Below, one piece after another: positions 51,956 to 64,000 of a stretch of DNA of 64,000 nucleotides. Under the pieces are notes generated by a model. The model saw only the letters and a list, made by a program, of their open reading frames with translations, was not told the origin of the DNA and searched no databases. The first letter of the stretch is position 1. Each line of letters begins with the position of its first letter. Made by a program: the position numbers and the translations under genes. The DNA comes from Lingula anatina (Eukaryota > Animalia > Brachiopoda). The stretch covers positions 19,162,848 to 19,226,847 of the forward strand of contig CM120643.1 in assembly GCA_051362555.1 (NCBI GenBank), read 5' to 3'.

Positions 51956-52007
<52 letters not shown>

Positions 52008-52273
52008 GATAAAGAGCTACCAGTGATTATATGGTAACAATTTTCTTTAGTGGATGTGGATTAAAATGACCAATTAATTCCATCAGTTCTTAAAGCTTGA
52101 AAGTACGGTTTCCCAAAGGCATTCAAAGATGGAAACTTATTAACTGAAATGGTTTACCAAAATTTAACAAATAAGTGAATGGATTAATTAAAGGCAAAAC
52201 ACAGTTTATGGCGTTAATTGTATATACACGTTTTACGTTTCAGTTGCTGTATACCCACGTACGACAATCTACA

Positions 52274-53716
52274 ATGAAACGCCAATACCTTTTCCTGCTG
52301 GTGTGCCTGGTGATTTTTACAATGGGTAACACATGAATTCTGTGGTTTAAAAGTGTTAATTTTTTAATCTTTACGATTTTCAATTTAAATTATTCTACAT
52401 TTATGTATTATATCGTATCAAAATGCAGTATTTTCAAGGCAATCATACACCCACAGCCAGTACAGTGTCCCTTTCTAAATGGATCACACTGAGAATAAAA
52501 TTGGAGTCATTTGACTCTCTAGTCAGAGTCCAGCACCCCTTGACCCTCATGGAGTTAATTTGACTCCAATATAAGGGTCAAATTACCCCACTACCAGAGT
52601 CTTTAGACTCTCTTATCAGAGTCAATCAACCCCTGGCTCTCATGGAGTCAATCTGACTCTAAAATCAGAGTCAAATTACCGGGGGCCAGTGTCTGGGTGA
52701 CTCTTTCACCGACTCTTTTCGCTTTGTTGGCCAAAGTTGATTTTATACATGAACAAGTGGTTTCTGTGTGTTTCTGCATGCAGAACTATTACTGGCCCAG
52801 GCTTTCAGTTGCCCACACCCTTTATGTGATATGTTGGTATACAGGTCAGCAGGTTTGGTTTCCAGGTTGAAGGTTTGACCCGCCAATGCATGTCACTGGG
52901 GAGGTATGCTCACTCATTGGTAAATTTGTGGTTTATATATGGCATGCTGTTTATTAACAGATTTACAAAGTGTTTGTTATTGGTCATTCAACAACATGTG
53001 CGACCGGATGGCCTTGTGGTTAGAGAGTCCGCCTCCGGAGCAAGAGGACTGGAGTTCAAGCCTGTCCGAGGACATTCCAGTCTTTAATGAAAGGGCACCC
53101 CCTGTCTCCCCGCTAATGTTAATGTTGTTTTTTTTCTTTTTCATAATGTGCCAAGGGGTCAAAAAATACCGTAATATGGGGTCATGGTGACTCTTTGGTA
53201 GAGAAAAATCAAGGGATGAAGGGATGTGTGAATGGAGTCAACTGTGACCCTCCTGTGGGGTCTGGGATGGCGTTACTCCATCGGAGCCAACTTGACTCCA
53301 ATTGGACGTTATTTTAGGCACCATTGCTGGACTCCGATTTTATTCTCAGTGCACCCATCATGCTAGTAGGTTTTAATATACTTTCTTAACTACCGGTAAG
53401 TGTAGATAGCTTTGCACAACACCCAATGTACATAAAAGAAAAATAATTAATACATGTTAGCAATAGGCTAGAAATATTCCTCATTCAAAAATCCTTGCAA
53501 ATTGTGCTGCATAAAAAGAGAGATTATTTTATTATTTTAGATGCTGTCTGTGCATCGCCTATTTTGGATAATGTTAGTCGTGACCGACGTTACACCTGCG
53601 ATATTTTGTCGATCTTTGGAAGTGGAGCTGCTACTGCAGCTTGTGCCCTCCACTGCAAGGGCCATGGCTATAGAACTGGCTATTGTGAAAAGAGTACTTG
53701 CAAATGCACACATTAA
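52274..53716 (+). CDS. Defensin precursor, copy 3; exons 52274-52325 + 53541-53716; 75 aa
   Basis: MKRQYLFLLVCLVIFTM|DAVCASPILDNVSRDRR-YTCDILSIFGSGAATAACALHCKGHGYRTGYCEKSTCKCTH. Intron enlarged by a CACTG-ended insertion. Confidence 0.92.
52487..53351. mobile_element. Non-autonomous CACTA-type element in the defensin copy 3 intron
   Basis: TIR CACTGAGAATAAAAT / ATTTTATTCTCAGTG; 2-bp TSD CA; GAGTC/GACTC subterminal repeats. Empty site in the other copies. Confidence 0.88.
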
Positions 53717-55091
53717 ATGTAGGTTACAATTTTTAACTTACGAGCTGATGATAAATGGACCTAAAGGTTTTTTGGGATTAGTATTTTTATTATACCTTGA
53801 AAAGTTCTCTAAGCACAAAAAGTAGAACATATGCAAAAACTCATAAAGGCGTGCCTTTTGCTTACGACTTCGAAATAAGGTTTATATTTGTGAAAAAAAA
53901 AATTTATTATGTAATGAATGCTATCATCAGTTGAATTTGTATCTAGGTATTGTTTGTTAACAAAGATAGGCTAATAAAGATATGATATGATATGATAATT
54001 TCCAATCTATATTTTTTGTTTCAGCTGATGAAGATGTCCACCTGAAGAGAATGCAGCTTTGCAGTAAAATAACGGATTATATCGCGTTTATTTGAAAATG
54101 AATGAATAAAATGTTGCCGTTTCATATAACGTTTTGAGACTTTTGATTAAAATATTGAGCCCCTCGGTGATTATATTCCATTTTGCGATATTACATGTTA
54201 TCTAATTTGAAAAATATTTAAGCGTTTTGAACAGGTTGACTGAGGTCCCTCGAAAAGCACAAAACCATTTATCAATAAAAGGGCATAGAATTTTTTAAAT
54301 GAGCGACAAGTGTCCAAGCTTCCTATCAATTTTCTTAGTCAAATTGACATGTTATTTGTATTTTGACTAAGACAAAAAGCAATTTTGTCTTAGGTAACAC
54401 CCCCTCCCTTCCAAAATGGAGTCTACGTGTTTGCGAGTCGGTATGTTCAAGCCTTTCTTACACCATATTTATGGCGGTATAACTGGGATGGAAATGAAAC
54501 GTGTGGGGCATGACGATTTCCAGCAATATCATTGGTCTTTATCAGTAGAGAGCTAAAAAGAAAAGAACCCTAATTATGTTAAAACAACGTGACTTAACAG
54601 AAACGAGCCAATCACAAAATACCTGCCCATAACACATGAAAAAGGTATACAGAGAAATTTTATAAGATTTTCGCGTTCTGGCGTGCCGTGAGACCGAGTT
54701 TGCTGTCAGTACACGATTTTTACACATGCTTTTTGAATTTTCTTTCTACGACGAAAACGTGTTAATGTTTGCTTTTTTTTTTATTAAAGCCAAGTATTAC
54801 AAGCGCGATGGGGGTTATGTTGTTTTGATTGTTACGTCTTAGTTTTGACATACAAATCAGATTGTTATGGCTTTGTAAAATCGGATATTAGCCACGTGGT
54901 TTTGGCTCACATTTATCCCAACTTTAACTCGCAAGTTTACAATATTTTAACTCGAAAATGATGAATTGACAACCGATTTTTTAAAATAAAAACTAGTCTT
55001 GATATGGCGCACAAATGTATAAAAGAACTTCAGTGTAATAACTGGTCTCTTAGTAAAGAATATTATCAGCAGTTTTACAAGTTAATAATAG

Positions 55092-55258
55092 CAGGCCCGT
55101 AGCCAGGGGGGGACCGGGGGGTTCGAAAGAACCGCCCCTTTTCCTGGGAAAAGGTCCACTCTGGGTAAAATTTGATCTTGGTACGTGATGTTTTATGGAA
55201 AAATGTCCACTTTTTCAGAAAACGAACCCCCCTTTTGAAATTGCTGGCTACGGGCCTG
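55092..55258. mobile_element. MITE with 5-bp TSD
   Basis: TIR CAGGCCCGTAGCCAG / CTGGCTACGGGCCTG; TSD AATAG; empty site at ~63020 in unit 4. Confidence 0.88.
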
Positions 55259-56624
55259 AATAGTAACAGCCTGTTTTAATCAATAGTTAAAATAAGTTAA
55301 TTTGAACTTCGATATCGTATATTATATTAATTTTTGCACTCCGATATTTAAGTGTCCATCGTGTCGCCCTCGTTGAGGATAACTCAGCTGATTGCACACC
55401 TCAGGTAGATGTTCCACTCACATTGTTAGCCTATCTTTCTCTGTTACTGGGATGTTATTTCAATATTGTTGAGATTTCTTTTCAAAATCTCAATTATTTA
55501 GCATCATAAAAATTCAAATTTTTCTTGAATTTAAAAATGTCTGATTATTATATAGTCCTTCAAACATTTCAAAATCTGAACAAAAATTTGATCTAGGTGC
55601 CAGTTACGATGACATTTCTCAAGTTGTGACCGCTAGAGGGGTCCATTCAAATGTTAACTGAGGAAGTCTACCTGTACATGTAAAAGCATTTAAAACAATG
55701 CCAGGTAACCAACCCCGCAGCAGCGGTTAAAATTATCGGTATCTCGGTTCCTTTCCTTCTAACGACAAAGTGTTTAGGGTGACAGAGCAGGATCCCAGAG
55801 GGTTCAGCATTCCCGAAAAGAACACCAATTTTCTTGTACTTTGCAATGACCTAGTTTTTTACCTATGTATGAAAATGGCAGTCTGTCGTATTTCCAGTGG
55901 TGGGTGTGGTCAGGGGGGGTCCAAAACATAGGCCCCTCAAATCAAACTAGCAGGACTTTTTAGGGGAACCCTTAGCAACCTATGGGGGGGGGTCTTTCAG
56001 CATGGTCTCAGGTATATTAAATAGATACTGACAGAGAAATTGAGTGGTAGGGTGTGGCCGGCAGACCCTGATTTATATGGGGTGGAAATCCGGCTAGCAT
56101 GACCTAAAAGTTAACACTAAAAATAACTGGAAAATGTTCCTTAGAGTCCCAGGAAAGTTGAATGACCATCGACGGACAATTTAAGTGATGGGTAGTGCCC
56201 GTGGTGAGAGGTTTGTGCTGTTACAAAAAAGTACAGTCCCTTGGAGCAGGAGCATAAGACCCTTGGCTCAGCAAGCGGTACATTTAAGTGGTTAGTTCAC
56301 TCTTAATAGTCATTTATATTATAGGGAGCCCCAGCGTTCGACGCGGCCAATTGCAGAACTGATTAACTGAACTAAACAAAAGGGGGTGGACTTGTGTAGA
56401 AAATGTGGAAGAGAATAAAATCTCCTTAATAGCATAAATAGAATAAAATCTCCGTAATAGCATGTCAGAGGCTGCTTAAGAGGACCGGCCAGTTTAGTTT
56501 ACCGTTAGATGTGCAAAGAACCATAGGGTTTCAACGGAAAAACAGGAAATGATACAGTTGACCACGAACGCTTTATAACCGTAATCATGGGAATTAAAAC
56601 AAGTTCAGTTTAAAAATTGAAAAT

Positions 56625-57117
56625 AGATGCCCGGCCTGACCTGTCTGTCCTAGGATTTGGTGAGTGATGAGATTACTGGGAATTCTATATTCCTGGAAAA
56701 ATAACATTTTAATTTGACTCGTTTGTGAGTGATTTTACCACGGTTTTTCCGATGTATACAATTATATAAAATATGCCCAGCCTGACCTGACCTGTCTGTC
56801 CTAGGATTTGATGAGTGATGAGATGGAAGATTACTGGGAATTCTATATTCCTGGAAAAATAACATTTGAATTTGACTTATTTGTGAGGGATTTTACCACG
56901 GGGTTTCTGATGTATACAATTATATATAAAATATGCCCAGCCTGACCTGACCTGTCCTGACCTGACCTGACCTGACCTGTCTGTCCTAGGATTTGATGAA
57001 TGATGAGATGGAAGATTACTGGGAATTCTATATTCCTGGAAAAATAACATTTGAATTTGACTCATTTGTGAGTGATTTTACCACGGGGTTTCTGATGTAT
57101 ACAATTATATATAAAAT
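56625..57117. repeat. Three ~150-185-bp tandem units containing (CCTGA)n
   Basis: Repeated ...CCTAGGATTTG..GATTACTGGGAATTCTATATTCCTGGAAAAATAACATTT... Confidence 0.85.
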
Positions 57118-58499
57118 CTATGTTTTGCCAGACTTTTTGTACAAGTAAATTAAATAATAAATATCATAAAAGGAAATTATTCTAAATGTTTCAGGAGGGG
57201 TGTGGTGCGAAAGAAAAGAAAATATATCTACGCTTTGCTCGACGAATTAGACAGAAAGTAGAAGGTGATGGCTTGCATTTGTTTCCTTGCACTTTGAATA
57301 ATTTCTTTTTTGGGGGGGGGGGGGGGAGGAGGGGGGAATAGGAGTTTACCCCTTGTGTCTCACTTTCAAAACCAGCCGATCTGCCATTCAGTTAAAATTC
57401 ACCTTGATGAAGTTGAGATATACAAAACCTACTTGTACGTGATTTCATGATATATCATTGAAAGTGAGTCGTATTTTCGTGTACTGTTTTCTTCTTTGTG
57501 TAGATCATCCTTCCCCTTTTGGAGCCTCAGTGCAACTAAATGTAATATGAATGAAAGGGAGAGAAGTTTTATGAGGGAATGGACAAAAATTAATACAGTT
57601 TTGTGCATTACCAAATACCCCTTATATTATTTGAGAGGAGAGTGACCAAGACCATGGGTGTCAGGGGTGTGTAGGCCTACTATGTGAGGCTTCTATGAGA
57701 CTTTCATAGCACTCATTGCTCACCGTTATAAACAAACAATGGCTTTGCCTGAGATAAATGCTCATGTGCAAAATGTATTAGCCGTACTCTGTATATTGAA
57801 ATGTTATGACAGGGTGCCCTTTACTTTTTTACTCGAAGTATGGCGCTACACCTGTCCTTTGAAATTTTTATGCCCCACAAGGGTGATGTGAAAAGTTACC
57901 GATGATGATATTTATTCCATGAATATCGTTATAATCTATATCGGGATAAAGGCCTATTTGTTAAATACTAATGGGCGCAAAAGAAATTCCATTCTTACGA
58001 AAAATTGCAAACTTTATGCTTTTTTATGGTTAAAACCACTAAAATGAAGAAAAAAATGAATTCTGAAGGATTTGGTTCCTTTCACGGCATTTTATGCCAT
58101 TTCTGTTTATGATTATAGATTAATGGGAGAATCATTTACATTTACATTCATTTACATCTATTTGTATTGTAATATTCAATGAGCACAGATCTTATAGGCC
58201 TACTAGTAACGTTGTATGAAAGTTGAGGGCCTTTAAACGTAACAAAAATGACAACCTACGCATTCCTCGGTAACTAATTATAAACTGAGAAGGACACACC
58301 AGTAAACATGTCGGTCATCAACCTGACCTCATAACCTAACTCACACCAAGCAGGTGAGGCAGATGTACGGCTACTCTCACATTTCATCTAGTCTCGATTT
58401 CTCGGAAATACGATGGAACAGATTTCAGGCTATTTCAAATGTGAGGTTGTTAACGCTGTTGGATTTGTTTTACTTAGTGACAACTTCGCATTTCTAATG

Positions 58500-59300
58500 A
58501 AGTTCTAATGAAGTTCGCCGATGACACAACCTAAGTCGGTCTGATCAAGAAGTTGTAGAGAGACAACTTCTTGGTCTGATACATAACAATGTTGAGACTT
58601 CGTATAGGCAGTCGGTGACAACTCAATTAATTGGTGTACAGACAATGACTTGATACTGAATGTGAGAAAAACAAAAGAAACGATTGTAGACTATATAAGT
58701 CCAATAGAAATTAACGGCAAAACTGTCAAACAGGTCTGTGAATATTAATCACTGGGTGTCCAACTGAACAATAGATCGACTAACCTGGAGTGAAAACACC
58801 ATGAAATTATTGAAAAAGGCAAAACATCGAATTTACTTTTTAAGGAAATTGAAAGCTTTTACCAAGAATGTGTCTTTTTTTACGAACTTGTATAGGTGTG
58901 TTTTAGAAAGTATTTTAACTTATGCAGTAACTGTTTGGTATGGGCGTGCAACTGTAGAGGAGAAAAACCAACTGGAAAAGATTACATGGATTATTTAAAC
59001 GGCAGGTACGTAATTGAAACGGATCTTATCCCTATTTATTCCATTTATCGATAGATTTTTTAAAAATTTTCATCCAGTAACTCAAGTTTTTTAGTTTTTA
59101 AGTGTTGAAAGCGACTTTTATCTAGCTTTTATCCTTCAGCAGTAACTCTTTTTAACACCAATACCTAATTTTATTTTAATACATTTAAATAGTTTTATTC
59201 AACAATGGCGCTGTTACAGGGCAGAAAATTCCCAATTTTTAACATTTGTATTTTATTGGTTTAATAAATTATTATATATCTATTAAATAAATTATTATCT
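58500..59300 (+). mobile_element. Decayed 3' part of a LINE (Rex1/Babar- or L2-like RT C-terminus)
   Basis: KFADDTT..., WCTDNDLILNVRKTKETIVD..., KAKHRIYFLRKLK...LYRCVLESILTYAVTVWYG, with stops and frameshifts; AT-rich tail. Confidence 0.8.
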
Positions 59301-60297
59301 AAAAAGTATGCACCAGAATGCATCCTCTACCAGGGCCACGGAGAGTATTTGTTCACTAGATATTTCTGAGCTGTTCGACCAGAATCGTTGATAAATTAAG
59401 GACATCATCACTCAAGTGACCTCTTGGCTGTTGTTTAAATTTTAATCTTTTTCTAAGAAACATGGGCAGTAAGAATTTTCCCAGAGCCGCAACAAAGAAA
59501 TCGTGATGCACCTTGTTTATACAATCAGATAGTATAATCAGAAACTTTTCAAACAGTCACGACACAAGTGCTATATAAGACAGATAAGTTTGCTTGTTTT
59601 CCATCACTATTGTTCAGCGATAGAGATTCCCACCTTCAGCTACTATAGCGCCGGACGTTCCTCGAAGGTGAGAGATTTTCTTCGTGTTCGTATCGTAATA
59701 CTTTTATCGGGCGTTTAAAACTTTACACATGTAGTTGTTCATATATACAAGGGTTTGCATGCACTCCAGAATTAATACGTTACACGTTAAAGCCGTCAGT
59801 GACAAATTCGTCTCAGTTGTTGTCACAAATATTACGTGACTCCACTTTCAGTAGCTGAATGAAGCGCTGATGAAATGTTTCTGAAACTTTGGCGTCGAAT
59901 TTTGTCGTTAAATTTAATTTTGATAACGTTAGACTGTTTTTCCTTTAATGTTCACTATCAACTCATTCTTAGACATTTATTTAAAACACTTTATCTCACC
60001 GGTATAATGCGATCTAGAAAAATGTTTACCCGATTGGTAATAAAAAAGGTTTTAAGCGTGACATATCCAATTCAGATTACAAGTTTAGCTTTATTTATTT
60101 TATGAGAATAATTTGTTATACTGTAAAGAATGTCTTTGTACGGCTTAAATGTAATTTTTGTAATTTTAAGTATTATAAGTACAGTTTATATCCTAATCAA
60201 GATGCTGGGAAAATTGCGTTCTATTAACCCGTCTTCGAGTTCTGAATCTTAGCTTTTACCTTTACCAGGGAAACGTAGGAGCCCCCAATTCCACTAT

Positions 60298-60661
60298 AGG
60301 GGAGACCGGGGTTAGTTGGCCCAGTTAGACACTTTTGGCCTTGTAGAACCAACTAGGAATGAGTAAGAGTAACAAAACCGGTTTCAAAGTAAGCCCCATG
60401 AACTAAGCTACGTATGCAACGTCATTATTTTTCAAATATGCTGCCAGTTGGCTCACAATTTGACAAAAATCGCAGTTGACGTCAGGGGGGCCAACTTGCC
60501 CCGAAACGGGGCAAGTTGGCCGTCCAACACTTCCTTAGCATTTAAGGCTACGGTCACTTTGCAAGAGCATGTGGTCAATTTTTTTTTACCTCGTAGTTAC
60601 TTTTTCATAAATTGACGGGGGGCCAACTTACCCCGGGGTCCAACTAGCCCCGGTCTCCCCT
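60298..60661. mobile_element. pogo/Tc1-type MITE at the 5' boundary of defensin unit 4
   Basis: TIR AGGGGAGACCGGGG / CCCCGGTCTCCCCT; TA on the left only. Confidence 0.75.
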
Positions 60662-61054
60662 CATCTAACACGTAAGACGGACACTTTGCATACTGTATAA
60701 TGGGATTGCATGTAATTTTGACATGCAGGAGAAAGGAGAGAGTAAATCATTAATGTTTTGTTCAATCAAAGCGCCACCAGTCATATTATAGAAACTACAT
60801 GTATTTCTTTGTTGGATGCACTGTGAGTGGAGCAGTTGCTGACAATGACCAATTAACGCCCTCAGTTCCTAAAGCTTGGCACCATGGTATCCCAAATTGC
60901 ATGCAAAGCTGGAAACTTTCACACATTGAAATGATTTACGGAAATGTAAGGAAGAAATGAATGGATTTATTAAAGGTAAAATCAGTTTAGGGCGTTAATT
61001 GCATATACACGTATTACGTTACAGTTGCTGTATACCCACGTGCGACAATTTACA

Positions 61055-61615
61055 ATGAAACGCCAATACCTTTTCCTGCTGGTGTGCCTGGTGATTTTTA
61101 CAATGGGTAACACATGGTTTCTGTGGTTTTAAAATGTTTATTTTTTTTATTTTACGCTTGTCAATTTAGATTATTCTACATTTATATATCATATCGTTTT
61201 AAAAGGCAGTATTTTCAAGACCATCGTATACCCAAAGCCAGTTTCCATTTCTAAATGGAGTACCCTTCATGCTAGTAGGTTTTAATATACTTTCTAAACT
61301 ACCGGTAGTTGAAGATTGCTTTGCACAACACTCACTATTCGTAAAGGAAGAGTAATTTGTAGATGTAAGCAATAAGCTTGAAATGTTCAACGTCCATGCA
61401 AATATCGCTGCGCAAACGAGACATATTATTTTATTCTAGATGCTGTCTGTGCATTGCCTGTGTCGGATGACGTTAGTCGTGTTAAACGTTTCACCTGCGA
61501 CTTTATAGCGTACTTTGGAAGTGGAGCTGCTACCGTTGCTTGTGCGATCCACTGCAAGGGCCATGGCAAAAGGACTGGCTATTGTGAAAGGAGTACTTGC
61601 ATTTGCACTAATTAA
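61055..61615 (+). CDS. Defensin precursor, copy 4; exons 61055-61106 + 61440-61615; 75 aa
   Basis: MKRQYLFLLVCLVIFTM|DAVCALPVSDDVSRVKR-FTCDFIAYFGSGAATVACAIHCKGHGKRTGYCERSTCICTN. Intact splice sites and stop. Confidence 0.92.
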
Positions 61616-64000
61616 ATGTAGGTTACATTTTCTTATCTTACGAGCTGATGATAAATGGACCTAAGGGTTTCTTGGGCTTAGTATCTTTATTATACCTTGC
61701 AAAGTTCTCTAAGCACAAAAAGTAGAGCATATATTACGCAGACCTCATAAAGGAGTACGTTTTGCTTACGGTTTCGAAATAAGGTTTGTTTTCGTGAAAA
61801 AATCTTATATCATGTAATGAATGATATCTTCAGTTGAATTTATATCTAGGTATTCTTTGTTAACAAAGATAATAAAGTCTCCCAGTTAATTTTGTTGTCC
61901 TCATTATTTTTGATATGATAAATTCCAATCTATGTTTTTTTCAGCTGAAGAAGATATCCATTCGAAGAGAATGCAGCTCTGCGGCAAAATAACGGATTAT
62001 ATCGCATGTATTTGAAATTGAATGAATAAAATGTTGCCGTTGCATATAACGTTTTGAGATATTTGATTAAGACTATTCAGCCCCTCAGTGATTATTTTAT
62101 ATTTTCTGATATAGCATGTTATCTTAATTAAAAGACAATTCAGCGTTTTCAACAGGTTGATTGGATGTCCCTCGAAAAGCACAAAACCATTGATTGGTAT
62201 ACGGACATAAAAAAAATTAAAGTGCGTGACAAGTTTCCAAGCTTCCTATCAATCTCTAGCGGTCAGATCGACATGTTGCCGATATTTTGACTAAGGCATA
62301 AAGCATTTTGTCTTAGTTAACACCCCCTCCCTTTTCAAATGGAGTCTACGTATTTGCGAGTCGGTGTGTTCAAGCCTTTCTTACACCATATTTATGGCGG
62401 TACAACTGCGATGGAAATGAAACGTGTGGGGGCGTGACGATTTCCAGCAATATCATTGGTCCTTATCAGTAGAGAGCTAAAAACAAAAGAACCCTAATTA
62501 TGTTAAAACAACATGACTTAACAGAAACGAGCCAATCACAAAATACCTGCCCATAACACATGAAATAGGTATACAGAGAGATTTTATAAGATTTTCGCGT
62601 GCTGGCGTGCTGTGAGAACGAGTTTGCTGACAGTACACGAATTTTACACATGATTTTTGAGTTTATTTTCTACGTCGAAAACATGTTAGTCTTGGCTTTT
62701 TTTTCCATTAAACCCAAGTATTACAAGCGCGATGGAGGCTATGTTGTTTTCATTGTTACGACATGTTTTTGACATACAAATCAGATTGTTATGGGGCTTT
62801 GTAAAATTGGATATTAGCCACGTGGTTTTGGCTCACATTTATGCCAGCTTTTATTCACAAGTTTACAATATGTTAACTCGAAAATGGTGAATTGACAGCT
62901 GATTTTTTTAAAATGAAAACTAGTCTTGATATGGTGCACGAATGTATAACAGAACTTCAGTGTAATAACTGGTCTCTGAGTAATAGTCTCTTAGAATATC
63001 ATCAGCAGTTTTACAAGTTAATAATAATAACAGCCTGTTTTAATCAATAATTCAAATTTTTCTTAAATTTAAAAATGTCAGATTATAATATTGTCCTTCA
63101 AACATTTCAAAATCTGAACGAAAATTACGATGACATATCTCAAGTTGTGTCAGCTAGAGAGGGGTCCATTCAAATGTTCACTGAGGAAGTCTACGTGTAC
63201 ATGTAAAAGCATTTAAAACAATGCCAGGCAACCAACCCCGCAGCAGCGGTTTAAATTATCGGTATCTCGGTTCTTTTCTACGGTGGCTCTAACGAAAAAG
63301 TGTTTTAGGTGATATTCACAAAATACTCGTGGCAGTTTTATCTTTGCCATTTACTCCTCATTGCAATTACTACTATCAATTAAAATGAGAAAACAATAAA
63401 ATGACGGCACATTTTTATTAATAAAGTTTCCAGGTGCATTTACCTGAGCGTTTAAAGTTGGGGATAGAGCGACACATTTTGTTGTAAAGCAAATGACTTA
63501 CACTTCCACTAATTACAGATAATAATTAAAACGGAATCAAACGAGTAAAAGGATAGGGAGTTACTGAGTGTAAGTTAAGTTTCATCAAGAGTCAACAAGT
63601 GTAGAACATGTTTTTAGTGTCATAAAAAGATGGAAAAGGAACGGGAGAAAAGTCTGATAAATCAGGAGATTCTTAGTCTGAATCGGGAGGTCGGAAATAT
63701 AGTCCAAAATCGGGGGACCCCCGACGAGATCGGGATTGTTAACGTGTGTGAATTTCTTGAGATTTGAAGACGTTGGTATCAAATATAACGATAGGCTAAC
63801 CAATCAATAATACCCGACGGCAGTTTTTTTTTCTGGTTTCCTTTTTATGATATCTTTTATGATATCACCTGTGCCTGTCGTCGTCACTCTCGAAGATAAC
63901 ACGATAAGTACAAACCGTTTGACATAATGTCTCTAAACCCACAGAACCGATGAATATTTATAAAATACAGGTCGAATTTTCAAAACAGCGAATCACCACT

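Noticed and set aside
53495-53540. N-terminus MQIVLHKKRDYFIIL of the ORF-track defensin
   Set aside because: Intron sequence read through from a TTG. The real N-terminus is the signal exon at 52274, joined at the 53541 acceptor.

Overview
AT-rich animal genomic DNA, not prokaryotic: spliceosomal introns, microsatellites, and many MITE, LINE and SINE remnants. The repeats and defensin type suggest an invertebrate, probably a mollusc (inference). Left part: the first three coding exons of a minus-strand SLC7 LAT-type amino-acid transporter light chain, running off the left edge. Its introns carry two CACTA/EnSpm-type non-autonomous elements with different ends but a shared ~1.25-kb interior. 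Middle: a divergently oriented DHHC palmitoyltransferase (ZDHHC22/24-like), then a decayed tRNA-Asn, a Tc1 fossil nested in a long-inverted-repeat element, and a Helentron/HINE-like element. Right part (40-64 kb): four spliced CS-alpha/beta (insect-type) defensin genes, mostly missed by the ORF track. Two form a ~3-kb palindrome with a near-identical core, and a fifth unit probably starts at the right edge. The most novel signal: the last exon of every defensin copy holds a 23-codon frame compatible with the signal-peptide exon, so exon skipping could yield a second secreted peptide.
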